Shown here piece by piece: positions 9,947 through 18,880 of a stretch of 64,000 nucleotides of DNA. The translations under genes and the position numbers were made by a program. Numbering within the stretch: position 1 is the first letter of the stretch; every line of letters starts with the position of its first letter. Origin of the DNA: a bacterium (lineage in GTDB: Bacteria; UBA8248); NCBI GenBank assembly GCA_965221165.1, contig CBDCRP010000002.1, forward strand, positions 96,001 to 160,000, in the 5' to 3' direction. The notes beneath the pieces are model-generated. The model worked only from the letters and a program-made list of their open reading frames with translations. It was not told where the DNA came from and did not search any database.

Positions 9947-10858
9947 TTACTTGAAAGCGGTGATCAGCACGCCGCCCGCCACGACCATCAGCGCCGCCGC
10001 GACGATGCGCGAGGTGATGCGCTCGAGCCCGCCCAGGAAGAAATAGGTCCACAAGACCACCCACAGGGGCACGAGCCTGCTCAGCGGCATCACCGTCGAG
10101 ACGGGGGCGATGATCATCGCCGTCCAGAACATGATGGCCGCCAGCGTGGTGGTGATTCCTGCGCCGAGAAACAAGTAAACGGCCCTCGCGTCGGCTTCGA
10201 GCTTGCCGCCATCGGGCAGCAGGGGACGCGTTACCGCGAGGAGGAGGGTTCCGGCCGTGAAGGCGCAGGCGAAGCCCATGATGGGGGTTTTCTGGTAGGA
10301 GAACGCGACGTTCGCCAGAACGGGCAGTAGAGCATAGGAGAGCGCGGAGGTGAGCGGATAGACGAGCGCTCCCTGAAAGAAACTCTTGAAACTCTGACCG
10401 CTGCGCCGCTCGCCCAGCGAGAGCAGGCAGACGCCCGCCACGATGAGGAAGATCCCCATCGCCACGCCGACGCCGGGCCGCTCGCCCAGGAAAATCATGG
10501 CGAAGGTGACCGAGAATATGGGGGTGGACGATTGTATGGGAACGGAGCGGCTCACGCCCATCTTCTCGATGCCGATGGCGCTGGTGAACTGACCCACGCC
10601 CTGCCCCAGGCACCCGCCGAGCATGAAGAGCAATACGGGAGTGAGGGTGGATTCCTGGAGCGTGCCGCGAGCGGCGGCGATGACGAGCCCCAGCACCGAG
10701 ACCGTCGCGCTCATGATCAGGACGCCCGCTATCGGCGTCGCGCTGCGCACCCCCTGGCGGATGGCGATGAGGGACGTCGAATAGGAGAGAGAAGCCCCTA
10801 TCGCCAGCAATTCCCCCCAGCCTGCTTGTGCGAAAAGACCCGACATTTTATGACTCAC
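9947..10858 (-). CDS. EamA/DMT family transporter (tandem paralogue)
   Basis: Two EamA repeats (FLGERP, LSRLVPLW). Clearly similar to 8990-9895. Confidence 0.9.
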   Translation of the reverse strand: MSHKMSGLFAQAGWGELLAIGASLSYSTSLIAIRQGVRSATPIAGVLIMSATVSVLGLVIAAARGTLQESTLTPVLLFMLGGCLGQGVGQFTSAIGIEKMGVSRSVPIQSSTPIFSVTFAMIFLGERPGVGVAMGIFLIVAGVCLLSLGERRSGQSFKSFFQGALVYPLTSALSYALLPVLANVAFSYQKTPIMGFACAFTAGTLLLAVTRPLLPDGGKLEADARAVYLFLGAGITTTLAAIMFWTAMIIAPVSTVMPLSRLVPLWVVLWTYFFLGGLERITSRIVAAALMVVAGGVLITAFK

Positions 10859-10892
10859 TGCTCATCGATGATTCGCCTCGTTATCGGGACTG

Positions 10893-11247
10893 CTAGCGAA
10901 ACAGGGTGATCATCATCCCGCCGGCCACGACGAGACAGGCGGAAACCGCCGTTTTAGGGGCCACGCGCTCGATTTTCCCCAGAAACAGAAGGCTGAGCAA
11001 AATCACCCACAGGGGCGTCATCCGGCTAAGCGGCAAGACGCTCGACACCATGCCCGCCACGAACGCCGTCCACATCAGATAAGCGGCGATGATGTTGAAC
11101 GGAAGCCCCACCAGGCTCACCACCGAATTCAGGACGATAATGCTCATCAGGGGGCTTCCGGTCGTCATCGCCCGGCGCACCGATACGAGCGTGATGGAAT
11201 AGCTGAACGAGGTCGCCACGGCGAGAAATTCTGGACTTCCCCATCAT
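10893..11247 (-). pseudogene. Internally deleted third EamA paralogue
   Basis: N-terminal ~40 aa (EFLAVATSFSYSITLVSVRRAM) are joined directly to the C-terminal ~75 aa (LPLSRMTPLW..ERV..ITLFR). The upstream ATG is out of frame by one base in a G run. Confidence 0.75.
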
Positions 11248-11427
11248 GATATCCACTCGACCATGCGCGGGACTATACACCGCGAATCCCGCCGAGGCGA
11301 GGAGACGGCCGAAAACCATCCAGGGCGCGGCTCCGCGCGCCTCGCCTCTGGCCACATGCCCGCTCGGAGGATAGAATACGGCCATTCAACAGCTTGATTC
11401 ACCAATTCCATGAACGGGAGAGAGAAA

Positions 11428-11739
11428 ATGGCGGATGAGAGAGTATTCCTGATCGCGTGGCTCAAACCAAAGCCTGAAAAAGAAAACGAACTGGCAGAAC
11501 TTTTAGGAGGCATGTGCGCCCCCTCGCGCGCCGAGGAGGGGTGTATTTTCTACAATCTCTTCAAGGCAACGGACGAGGCGGGCGCCTTTCATTTCATCGA
11601 GTGCTGGAAATCACAGGCCGCCCTGGATGCGCACCGCGAAGAGCCGCACTACAAGAATTTCCGGGAGAAACTGCCTGATCTGCTCGCAGAACCCGTGGGC
11701 GTGAAATTCCTCGAAGCCCTCGATTCGACGATGGGGTGA
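11428..11739 (+). CDS. Antibiotic biosynthesis monooxygenase (ABM)/putative quinol monooxygenase
   Basis: SRAEEGCIFYNL and FIECWKSQAALDAHREEPHY motifs. Confidence 0.9.
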   Translation: MADERVFLIAWLKPKPEKENELAELLGGMCAPSRAEEGCIFYNLFKATDEAGAFHFIECWKSQAALDAHREEPHYKNFREKLPDLLAEPVGVKFLEALDSTMG

Positions 11740-11780
11740 TGTTCGCGCAAGAAAGGGCTTTCGGGTCTAACCGGCGGAGT

Positions 11781-12262
11781 GTAGGGACAGGTCGCGACCT
11801 ATCCCTACGGAACCAGGGGGCAGTTCGAACGCGGGAGAACACACAGGTGGCAGACATATATGTCTGACCCTACAAAACCAGCGCAACCTCTCCCCTTGGA
11901 TTGGGATCGACCCGCAGGGACAGGCCCCTGTGCCTGTCCGGCAAAGAGCGACCACGGGGGGCAGAGACGACCCCGAGGAGGGGCTCGTCCCCCTACAAAT
12001 TGATGCCTGGCTCACCGTCATTCCGGCGTATGCCGGAATCCAGAGAATTTCGTATTTGCGCCTTTTGTTTGCACCTTAATTCCCGTCCGGTCGGAGAGGG
12101 GATGAATTGCCGAAATATGTCCATCTAATCGGTTCTGGATTCCGGCATTCGCCGCAACGACGATCAAAACGAAAAGCGGGAGAACACACAGGTGGCAGAC
12201 ATATATGTCTGACCCTACAAAATCATCACGTCTCCCGTAGGGGCGGACCTGTGTTTCCGCCC
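11781..12262. repeat. Mosaic cluster of GTAG- and CGTC-type REP-like palindromes
   Basis: GTAGGGACAGGTCGCGACCTATCCCTAC at 11781; identical 47-bp direct repeat at 11831-11877 and 12176-12222; CGTCATTCCGGCGTATGCCGGAATCCAG at 12016 with an inverted partner at ~12135; GTAGGGGCGGACCTGTGTTTCCGCCC at 12237. Confidence 0.85.
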
Positions 12263-12308
12263 ACAATTCTCGACTGATCGCCGGTAACGCAGTGGCACCT
12301 GCTCACGC

Positions 12309-13103
12309 TTACCAGAGGGATTTCAGCCTGCCGCCGTCGAGATTGAGAGATATTCCGGTGATGTAGCTCGCCCTCTCCGAACAAAGAAAGACGATGGCGT
12401 CGGCCAGTTCTTCGGGCTTGCCGAAGCGGCCCAGCGCGTTTTTTCGCGCCGCCCGGCGGCGGGCCTCTTCTTCGGAACAGGCGGCCAGTTCGGCGGCAAG
12501 GCCCTCGGCGTTCATTCTCCAGAGTGCCGTATCCACCCAGCCGGGGCACACCGCGTTCACGTGAATTCCCGCTTCTCCAAATTCGGCGGAGAGCGATTTC
12601 GTCATGTTCAAGAGCGCGCTGTTCGTCATGCCGCTCCCGAACATATAGGGGTCCGGCTCTTTGCCCGCGCCCCCGATGATGTTCACGATGCGGCCCCACC
12701 CCCTGGCGCGCATCTCGGGCTCCACCAAGCGGATGAGCCTCAGGAAACCGAACAGCTTGGTGTCGAGTTGTTTCTGAAGAGCGGGGTCGTCGAGCGCTTC
12801 GAATCTGCCCGAACTCATGGTGCCCGCGTTGTTCACGAGAATGTCGATTGCCCCCAGTTTTTCCTGCGCGCGCTCCACCAGGGGCGCGAGTTCCGCGTCG
12901 TTCGACGTGTCCGCCACCGCGTAATGGATTTCCCCTCCCGTCTCGGCGGCGAGCCCGGCGCAGGTTTCGGCGAGGGCTTCCTCGTTTCTCGCGCAAGTGA
13001 AGACCCTCGCCCCCTCTTCCAGAAAACGTCTGACCGTCTCGCGGCCGATGCCCCGGCTCCCGCCCGTCACCAGGGCCGATTTTCCTTTGACCTTTAAGTC
13101 CAC
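12309..13103 (-). CDS. Short-chain dehydrogenase/reductase (SDR)
   Basis: TGGSRGIG, ILVNNAG, VNAVCPGWVDT, LDGG. GTG start at 13103 with GAGAGGA RBS. The catalytic YxxxK appears as SGMTN (atypical). Confidence 0.88.
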   Translation of the reverse strand: MDLKVKGKSALVTGGSRGIGRETVRRFLEEGARVFTCARNEEALAETCAGLAAETGGEIHYAVADTSNDAELAPLVERAQEKLGAIDILVNNAGTMSSGRFEALDDPALQKQLDTKLFGFLRLIRLVEPEMRARGWGRIVNIIGGAGKEPDPYMFGSGMTNSALLNMTKSLSAEFGEAGIHVNAVCPGWVDTALWRMNAEGLAAELAACSEEEARRRAARKNALGRFGKPEELADAIVFLCSERASYITGISLNLDGGRLKSLW

Positions 13104-13199
13104 GGTTTTCCTCTCATCGAAAAAGGCGCAGGAGCCTTTGGATAACGAAACGCCTGCGCTCCTATATTCCGACAATTCCTCTCATCCGACGTGGTTGTC

Positions 13200-13465
13200 T
13201 CGTAGGGGCCGCATATATGCGGCCCCATGGGTTGATTTTCGCCGCTTTCCCAAGGATGGACGGCGACCGAAGGGGTTGTCGGCGCGTTTGGATTTCTCTC
13301 GTCGGCGCGGGCCGCATGTATGCGGCCCCTACAACCACAATTCCCCTTCTCTGGTTAAAATAGACCCTCAAGGGAGGAGTGATTTCCAACTTCCCATCGC
13401 ATGAATCCCGTTACAAGGGGCATTCTCATCCGCCTGGATTCCGGCATACGCCGGAATGACGACGA
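13200..13465. repeat. REP-like palindrome cluster
   Basis: GTAGGGGCCGCATATATGCGGCCCC, its inverted copy at ~13308-13332, and CTGGATTCCGGCATACGCCGGAATGACG at ~13434. Confidence 0.8.
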
Positions 13466-13482
13466 ACACAGCCCCACCCCGC

Positions 13483-14073
13483 CTATCCCGAAACCTGCGC
13501 GACCTCGTCCCATTCTTTCCAGCCGATGATGTCGTCTGGCGGCTCCACGGGGTTGTGGAGACCATCCTGCAAACGGTTCCAGGCGTTGAACAGGCATGTG
13601 AACAAGGTGAGTTCCACGATATCCTTTTCGCTGAAAAAATCTTTAAGCGGCGCAAAACAGGCGTCATCGGCCGCGGCCGTGTTCCGCGTCAGGGCGGTGG
13701 CCCAGCGGATCACGGCTTTTTCCCGCTCATCGAATAATTCGCTGTCTTCCCATCCATCGACTATCAACGCGACATGCTCATCGTTCAAACCGGCAGCTTG
13801 ACCAAGCTTTACGTTGTGGTTCGTTCATATCTCGCAATCGTTGATGAGAGAGGGCGTGAGAATCGCCAACTGCATCAGGCGCATTCTGGCCGGCTCGGCC
13901 CGCCACTGGCTTCTGAGAGCCACCGTCAGGCTCATGATGTGACGCAACGCCTCGGGCGAGTGCCCCAAAGCCCGGTAGAAGCTGGGCACCGTGCCCCATC
14001 TTTCCCTCGATTGTTCGAACAGCGGCTCATGATCGCCTTTGGCGTCATCGGGAATCGGCGTGATTCTCGGCAT
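13483..14073 (-). CDS. AhpD/carboxymuconolactone decarboxylase (CMD) family selenoprotein, CxxU (Sec at TGA 13827-13825)
   Basis: ORFs 13825-14103 and 13483-13788 are in the same frame, separated only by one TGA that completes N-D-C-E-I-U-T-N-H. Hairpin AGCTT-GGTC-AAGCT begins 16 nt after the UGA. AAGGAGG RBS before ATG 14073. Confidence 0.85.
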
Positions 14074-14139
14074 CTCGGCGTCCTCCTTCGGGATATGCAA
14101 CAAAATATCGCGCGGTTGTTTTCACTATTTTTAGCAGAT

Positions 14140-14390
14140 TTTTGGGGTCGCCACCAAGGGGTCAAACCCTCCCTTCCCCGGTCGGGTTTGACCCCTTGGT
14201 GGCCCGCCTTTCGTTTTGGTTGTCAATGCGCCCTGTAGTGGCCGCAAATATGCGGCCCACGCAGACAAAAGAAATTCACACGCCCCGACAATCCCCCGGT
14301 CGCCGCCATCCTTGCAATAGCGGTGAGAATCAAACCACGGGTCGCATACATGCGTGGGGCGGCCCCAAGGAGGGACCGCCACCTACAATC
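14140..14390. repeat. REP-like palindrome cluster
   Basis: CCACCAAGGGGTCAAACCC...GGGTTTGACCCCTTGGTGG long hairpin, GTAGTGGCCGCAAATATGCGGCCC, GGGTCGCATACATGCG. Confidence 0.75.
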
Positions 14391-14504
14391 CCTTGCGCCG
14401 TCTCCCCTGCCCATTCCATCCGCAAACCCGAATTCCCCCTTTGCGATGCGCCTCGCCCCTTGCTATAAGTCGCCTTGCCGCACGATTGATAAAAGGAAAC
14501 CCCG

Positions 14505-15212
14505 ATGGAGCATCAGAAAATTCTCATCATCGCAGCCCACCCGGACGACATCGAGTTTCGCTCGGCCGGCTCGGTCGCCAAATGGACCCGTGAGGGCAGG
14601 CGCGTGGAGTATTGCCTCGCCACGAGCGGGGACAAGGGCGTGAACGGCCCCGAATCGCGCCGCATGACCATCGAAGAAAAAAGAGCGATTCGCGAGAGCG
14701 AGCAACGCGCGGCGGCTGCGGTCGTGGGCGTGGAGAAGGTGCATTTCCTGCGCCATACGGACGGGGAAGTGCGAAACACCACCGAGCTCAGGCGCGACCT
14801 CGTGCGCGTGATGAGGGAGTGCAAACCGGACCTCGTGATCGCCGACGACCCGGCGAACGACGCCTTCGACAGCTTCTACGGCTACCACGGCGATCACCGC
14901 GCCGTCGCCAAGTCGGCCTTCGACGCGCTCTATCCCGCCGTGGGGAACGAGAATTATTTTCCAGAACTGCTGGCGGAGGGTCTCGAACCGCACACGCCCA
15001 AAGAGGCGTATTTCAAGACGATTCGCGGCGCCGACACCTGGGTGGACATCGCCGATACGTTCGACCTCAAAATTAAAGCGCTCCAATGCCACAAGAGCCA
15101 GATCAATTCGTCCGAAGACCTGATCACCCACCTGCGCAACTGGGCGAAGCGCTCGGGTGAGGGAGGCGGCCTCGAGTGCGCCGAATCCTACCGGCGCATG
15201 GAAGTGCCGTAG
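14505..15212 (+). CDS. PIG-L/LmbE family Zn-dependent deacetylase
   Basis: AHPDD, TSGDKG, RESEQRAAA, HGDH, CHKSQ motifs. Confidence 0.92.
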   Translation: MEHQKILIIAAHPDDIEFRSAGSVAKWTREGRRVEYCLATSGDKGVNGPESRRMTIEEKRAIRESEQRAAAAVVGVEKVHFLRHTDGEVRNTTELRRDLVRVMRECKPDLVIADDPANDAFDSFYGYHGDHRAVAKSAFDALYPAVGNENYFPELLAEGLEPHTPKEAYFKTIRGADTWVDIADTFDLKIKALQCHKSQINSSEDLITHLRNWAKRSGEGGGLECAESYRRMEVP

Positions 15213-15249
15213 TAGGGAGAACCATTGTGTTAGCTCAGATTTCGCTTTT

Positions 15250-15610
15250 GTTCGTCATTCCGGCGCATGCTGGTGGCAACCGGGGGGTTGACCAGAACCG
15301 TCAGGAATCGCCAACATCGCAAACCGACCATCAAAACCGATAAAATCAAAATCAAAGACAAAACCACTGAATTCCGGCATGCGCCGGAATGACGGTGATC
15401 CAGGCATCATTGGTAGGGGAGGGCCCCTGCGCCCGCCCTTTTTTCGTTTTGCTCCCCTCCTGAAATGGTTTCGCCCGCTACCGTAGGGGCGGTTCGCGAA
15501 CCACCCCTACGGAAACCCCTGCGAATCACTATGAAGGCGCAGGGAGGACAGGCACAGGGGCTTGTCCCTACGGAAAAACGAAGGAGGGCGTGATTTCCAA
15601 CCTCCCATTA
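15250..15610. repeat. REP-like palindrome cluster
   Basis: CGTCATTCCGGCGCATGC, ATTCCGGCATGCGCCGGAATGACG, GTAGGGGCGGTTCGCGAACCACCCCTAC, GGACAGGCACAGGGGCTTGTCCCTAC. Confidence 0.8.
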
Positions 15611-15622
15611 CGTCCCGCCCCT

Positions 15623-15804
15623 CAAGGTCAGCAATTCCTTCCTCCTCGGGCGGAATTGACCCTCCTTTTTCAGTCGGCAAACTGCAATCGCTCCCTCCTC
15701 AGTCGCGATTGACCTCACCGCTCGTCGGTTCCTCCCGCATTGGTCAGAATCGATCCTCGCTTCTCGGTCGGCAAACTCTCCCTACTCGGTCGAGTTTGAC
15801 CTTG
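15623..15804 (-). repeat. Seven-hairpin element with a conserved 12-13-nt loop (plus strand TCCCTNCTCRGTC; minus strand GA-CC-GAGGA-GG-GA) inside 8-bp inverted repeats
   Basis: Outer CAAGGTCA / TGACCTTG. Loops at 15639, 15663, 15692, 15715, 15733, 15757 and 15779. Three have perfect 7-bp stems of different sequence (CAATTCC/GGAATTG, CAATCGC/GCGATTG, CAAACTC/GAGTTTG). Confidence 0.75.
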
Positions 15805-15869
15805 CAGAAAATACCCAAATGCTTACACTAGGGCTTCCAACAACTTCTTTCGTTCGCGTGAGGGGCCAC

Positions 15870-17738
15870 ATGCTCGGATATCAAGGAAAAATTCTGCACA
15901 TCGACCTAAGCAACCGCACGTCCCGCATCGAGGAATTCGGCGAGGACATGGGCCGCAAATACCTGGGCGGAAACGGCTTTGGGGCCAAAATTCTCTGGGA
16001 TCACTTAAAGTCGGGTGTCGACCCGCTTTCCGAAGAAAACATCATCGCCTTCGCCGTGGGGCCGTACACGGATTCCGCCGTGCCCAGCGCGAGCCGGGCT
16101 TGCGCCGCCGCCATCAGCCCGCTTACGGGGCTTTTCTTCGACAGCACATTCGGGGGCGCCTGGCCCATCACCTTGAAACGCACCGGGCATGATGCCGTCG
16201 TCCTCTACGGGAAGGCGGATTCCCTGGTCTATCTCCTGCTTACGGAAAGCGGCGTGGAATTCAAGGACGCGAACCATTTGAAGGGAAAATGGATTCGCGA
16301 GACGTGCGATACCATTTCCGATAGCGAAGGCGGCACCGACGTATTGGCCATCGGCCCTGCGGGCGAGAACCAGGTGCGCTTCGCGGCCATGGCGCACACC
16401 TGGCGAAAAAGCCGCGACGGCATCAGCGGACGCGGCGGCATGGCGGCCGTTCTGGGGAGTAAGAACGTCAAGGCCATCGCCGTACGCGGCAAGGTGAAAA
16501 CCGCCTTCGCAGACGCCAAGGCGCTGAGAACTTACGTGAACGAGACCGCCGGGGACGTGCGCACGGGCACGGCGGCGCTCCACAAATACGGCACGCCGAT
16601 TCTCGTCAACATGATCAACAAGATGGGAGCGCTCGGCACGCGCAACCTCATGAGCGAGATTTTCGAGAACTGCGAACCCATCAGCGGCGAGTACATGCAC
16701 GATAATTTTCTGGACAAGCACACCACCTGCCTCAAATGTCCCGTGGCGTGCGGCAAGAATTTCAAGATGAAAGGCGGCGATTTCGACGGCCTCGTGTGGA
16801 AACTCCCCGAGTACGAGACCATCTTCGCGCTGGGAACCATGCTGGGCATCGGCGACCCGGGCGTCATGCTTCAGGCGAACATGCTTTGCGACGAACTGGG
16901 GCTGGACACGATATCCGCAGGCGTCACGCTCTCGCTCGCATTCGAGTGCCTGGAAAAAGGACTCCTGAGCGAAGCGGAAGTCGGCGAGCCGCTCAACTGG
17001 GGCGATTCCGCCACCATGCTCAGGCTTTTGGAGGAAATGTCCGTCCGCAAGGGGTTTGGCGACAGGCTCGCGGAAGGCGGCAAGCGCCTGGCCGCTGAAA
17101 TAGGCGGCGACGCTCCCAATCTGCTCTATGCTTCGCGTGGGCTCGAACTTCCGGCGCACAGCGCGCGCGCGCTCAAGGGCATGTCCATCGGCTACGCCAC
17201 GGGTACGAGGGGCGGCAGCCACCACGACACCCGCCCCACCCTGCAATACGCTTCCGACCACGACAACACCTCGACCGACGGCAAGCCCGCCTTCGCCGTG
17301 CGCACCCAGAATTTCACCGCGTTTGGCGATTCCATCACCCAATGCCGCTTCACGGCGGAGCGCGGCTACGGCGCGATGATCAACGAGAAATACGCCGAGA
17401 TGCTCAACCTCGCGACCGGTTGGGACACGACGGCAGCGGAGCTCGAAGAAACCGGCGAGCGCATCTGCAACCTGGAACGCGCCCTCCACGTGCGCGAAGG
17501 AGTGAGCCGCGCAGACGACATGCTCCCCTACAAGGTGATGCACGAGCCGATTCCCGACGGGCCGCACAAGGGGATGCACTGCCCGCCTGATGAGCTCGAA
17601 GGCATGAAAAACGAGTTCTACGGCATCAGGGGCTGGGATGAGAACGGCTTCCCTACGGCGGCGACGCTCAAAAGGCTCAAACTCGACGACGTGGCCGAAG
17701 CGCTGGCCACCTCGGGCAACGGCGGGAGCGCGGGTTGA
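15870..17738 (+). CDS. aor: Aldehyde:ferredoxin oxidoreductase family protein (tungsten-pterin)
   Basis: GYQGKILHIDLS, YLGGNG, SPLTG, IGPAGEN, GRGGMAAVLGSKNVKAI, CLKCPVAC, PEYET, DELGLDTIS, YGIRGWDENGFP. Confidence 0.93.
   Translation: MLGYQGKILHIDLSNRTSRIEEFGEDMGRKYLGGNGFGAKILWDHLKSGVDPLSEENIIAFAVGPYTDSAVPSASRACAAAISPLTGLFFDSTFGGAWPITLKRTGHDAVVLYGKADSLVYLLLTESGVEFKDANHLKGKWIRETCDTISDSEGGTDVLAIGPAGENQVRFAAMAHTWRKSRDGISGRGGMAAVLGSKNVKAIAVRGKVKTAFADAKALRTYVNETAGDVRTGTAALHKYGTPILVNMINKMGALGTRNLMSEIFENCEPISGEYMHDNFLDKHTTCLKCPVACGKNFKMKGGDFDGLVWKLPEYETIFALGTMLGIGDPGVMLQANMLCDELGLDTISAGVTLSLAFECLEKGLLSEAEVGEPLNWGDSATMLRLLEEMSVRKGFGDRLAEGGKRLAAEIGGDAPNLLYASRGLELPAHSARALKGMSIGYATGTRGGSHHDTRPTLQYASDHDNTSTDGKPAFAVRTQNFTAFGDSITQCRFTAERGYGAMINEKYAEMLNLATGWDTTAAELEETGERICNLERALHVREGVSRADDMLPYKVMHEPIPDGPHKGMHCPPDELEGMKNEFYGIRGWDENGFPTAATLKRLKLDDVAEALATSGNGGSAG
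17652..17738 (+). repeat. aor 3' end, copy 1 of an 87-bp imperfect direct repeat
   Basis: Encodes PTAATLKRLKLDDVAEALATSGNGGSAG*. Matches 18881-18967 with about 9 mismatches. Confidence 0.9.
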
Positions 17739-17775
17739 GGGACGTATCGCGCGATCGCTCTGAAAAAGTGAGCAC

Positions 17776-18504
17776 ATGACCACGAACTATCTGCGCCTCA
17801 CCCAAGGGTTTGAGGTTTTGACCAAAGTTCTGGCGTCTTATGTCGCACGAGAACTTCGAGTGGTATATGGCGAGCGTTGGTGGGGCCGAGGCGTCATTGG
17901 CGTTCTATACGAGGATCAAAAACGTGACCTCCCAACTGATGGCAAGGACGAGATTCTGACATCCACGCTCGACATAGCTCGTTGCCTGAGGCTCATGGAT
18001 ATCCATTGGCGCGATCTGTTCGGACGCAAGCTCAAGCGCGAGCACCGCGCCTGGCTCAACGAATTGATCGACACACGGAACAAATGGGCGCATCAAGGTT
18101 CCCTAGATATGCGGGACGACGATGCTTGGCGAGCGCTCGACACCATGAGGCGCCTCGTCGAGCCAATGGACGCGCAGGCTACCGAGCAACTACGCTCGCT
18201 CGCACACACTGTACTTCACAATAGAGAAGACCCACTCAAGCTGCAGGAACGCGAAAAAGTTAAAACAACGGAAATAAGGAACCATGGAAAACGCTCAAAT
18301 CAAAACACGACCGACCCAGGATACAATAACAAGAACAATCAGACAGTGATTCGAAAAACAGACCTTCCCGGCAATCACCACAATCAAAAACTCTACGTCC
18401 TGCGATGCGAGGAGTGCCGCCATGAGTATGGAGCCAATGGCGCAGACATCTGGCTAAGACGGTGCCCGAATTGTCAAGGCGGCGCAGCCGGACTTCCTTA
18501 TTGA
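17776..18504 (+). CDS. Swt1-like HEPN domain protein fused to a C-terminal Zn ribbon (putative RNase/defence effector)
   Basis: ELIDTRNKWAHQ carries the HEPN R-x4-H motif in the Swt1-type context seen N-terminal in DUF499 ATPases. C-terminal CEEC...CPNCQGG. Lower GC than aor. Confidence 0.75.
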   Translation: MTTNYLRLTQGFEVLTKVLASYVARELRVVYGERWWGRGVIGVLYEDQKRDLPTDGKDEILTSTLDIARCLRLMDIHWRDLFGRKLKREHRAWLNELIDTRNKWAHQGSLDMRDDDAWRALDTMRRLVEPMDAQATEQLRSLAHTVLHNREDPLKLQEREKVKTTEIRNHGKRSNQNTTDPGYNNKNNQTVIRKTDLPGNHHNQKLYVLRCEECRHEYGANGADIWLRRCPNCQGGAAGLPY

Positions 18505-18636
18505 TACCCCAATCCTCTCACCCCTGAACGAAAATTCGTATTGAGCAACTTGCACGTATCTCCCCTATTTTCAGATTTCGCCACTGCCTTCGAATCAGAG
18601 ATAATTCTAATGTTTGTTGCTCTTCTGATAGAGCCT

Positions 18637-18878
18637 CCACCCCGCCCGGTGGATGATCTCGCTCCCTCCCTCCTCGGTCGGGAAACAACCAACCCGTGCG
18701 CAATCCATTTGGCTTCTCTCGCCGCCGAAAAGCCACCCCGCCCGGTGGATGATCTCGCTCCCTCCCTCCTCGGTCGGGAAACAACCAACCCGTGCGCAGT
18801 CCATTTGGCTTCTCTCGCCGCCGAAAAGCCACCCCACCCGGTGGATGATCTCGCTCCCTCCCTTCTCGGTCGGGAGCG
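18637..18878. repeat. 96-bp tandem repeat, about 2.5 copies
   Basis: Units start at 18637, 18733 and 18829. Each holds CCACC-N6-GGTGG and the TCCCTCCTCGGTC loop motif. Copies 1 and 2 differ by about one base. Confidence 0.92.
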
Positions 18879-18880
18879 AC

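Noticed and set aside
9459-10613. 384-aa Arg-rich ORF spanning two EamA genes
   Set aside because: Alternate-frame artefact of high GC3 codon usage.
15623-15804. Possible degenerate mini-CRISPR
   Set aside because: Repeats are only 12-13 nt with spacers of about 6-16 nt that pair as stems; reported instead as a hairpin array.
16005-17783. 592-aa minus-strand ORF
   Set aside because: Antisense shadow of GC-rich aor with no recognisable motifs. The same applies to 1360-2127, 2621-3409, 19751-20956, 35704-36675 and 62459-63265.
18637-18878. Possible CRISPR array
   Set aside because: Whole 96-bp units are near identical, so there are no unique spacers, and no cas genes are in the window.
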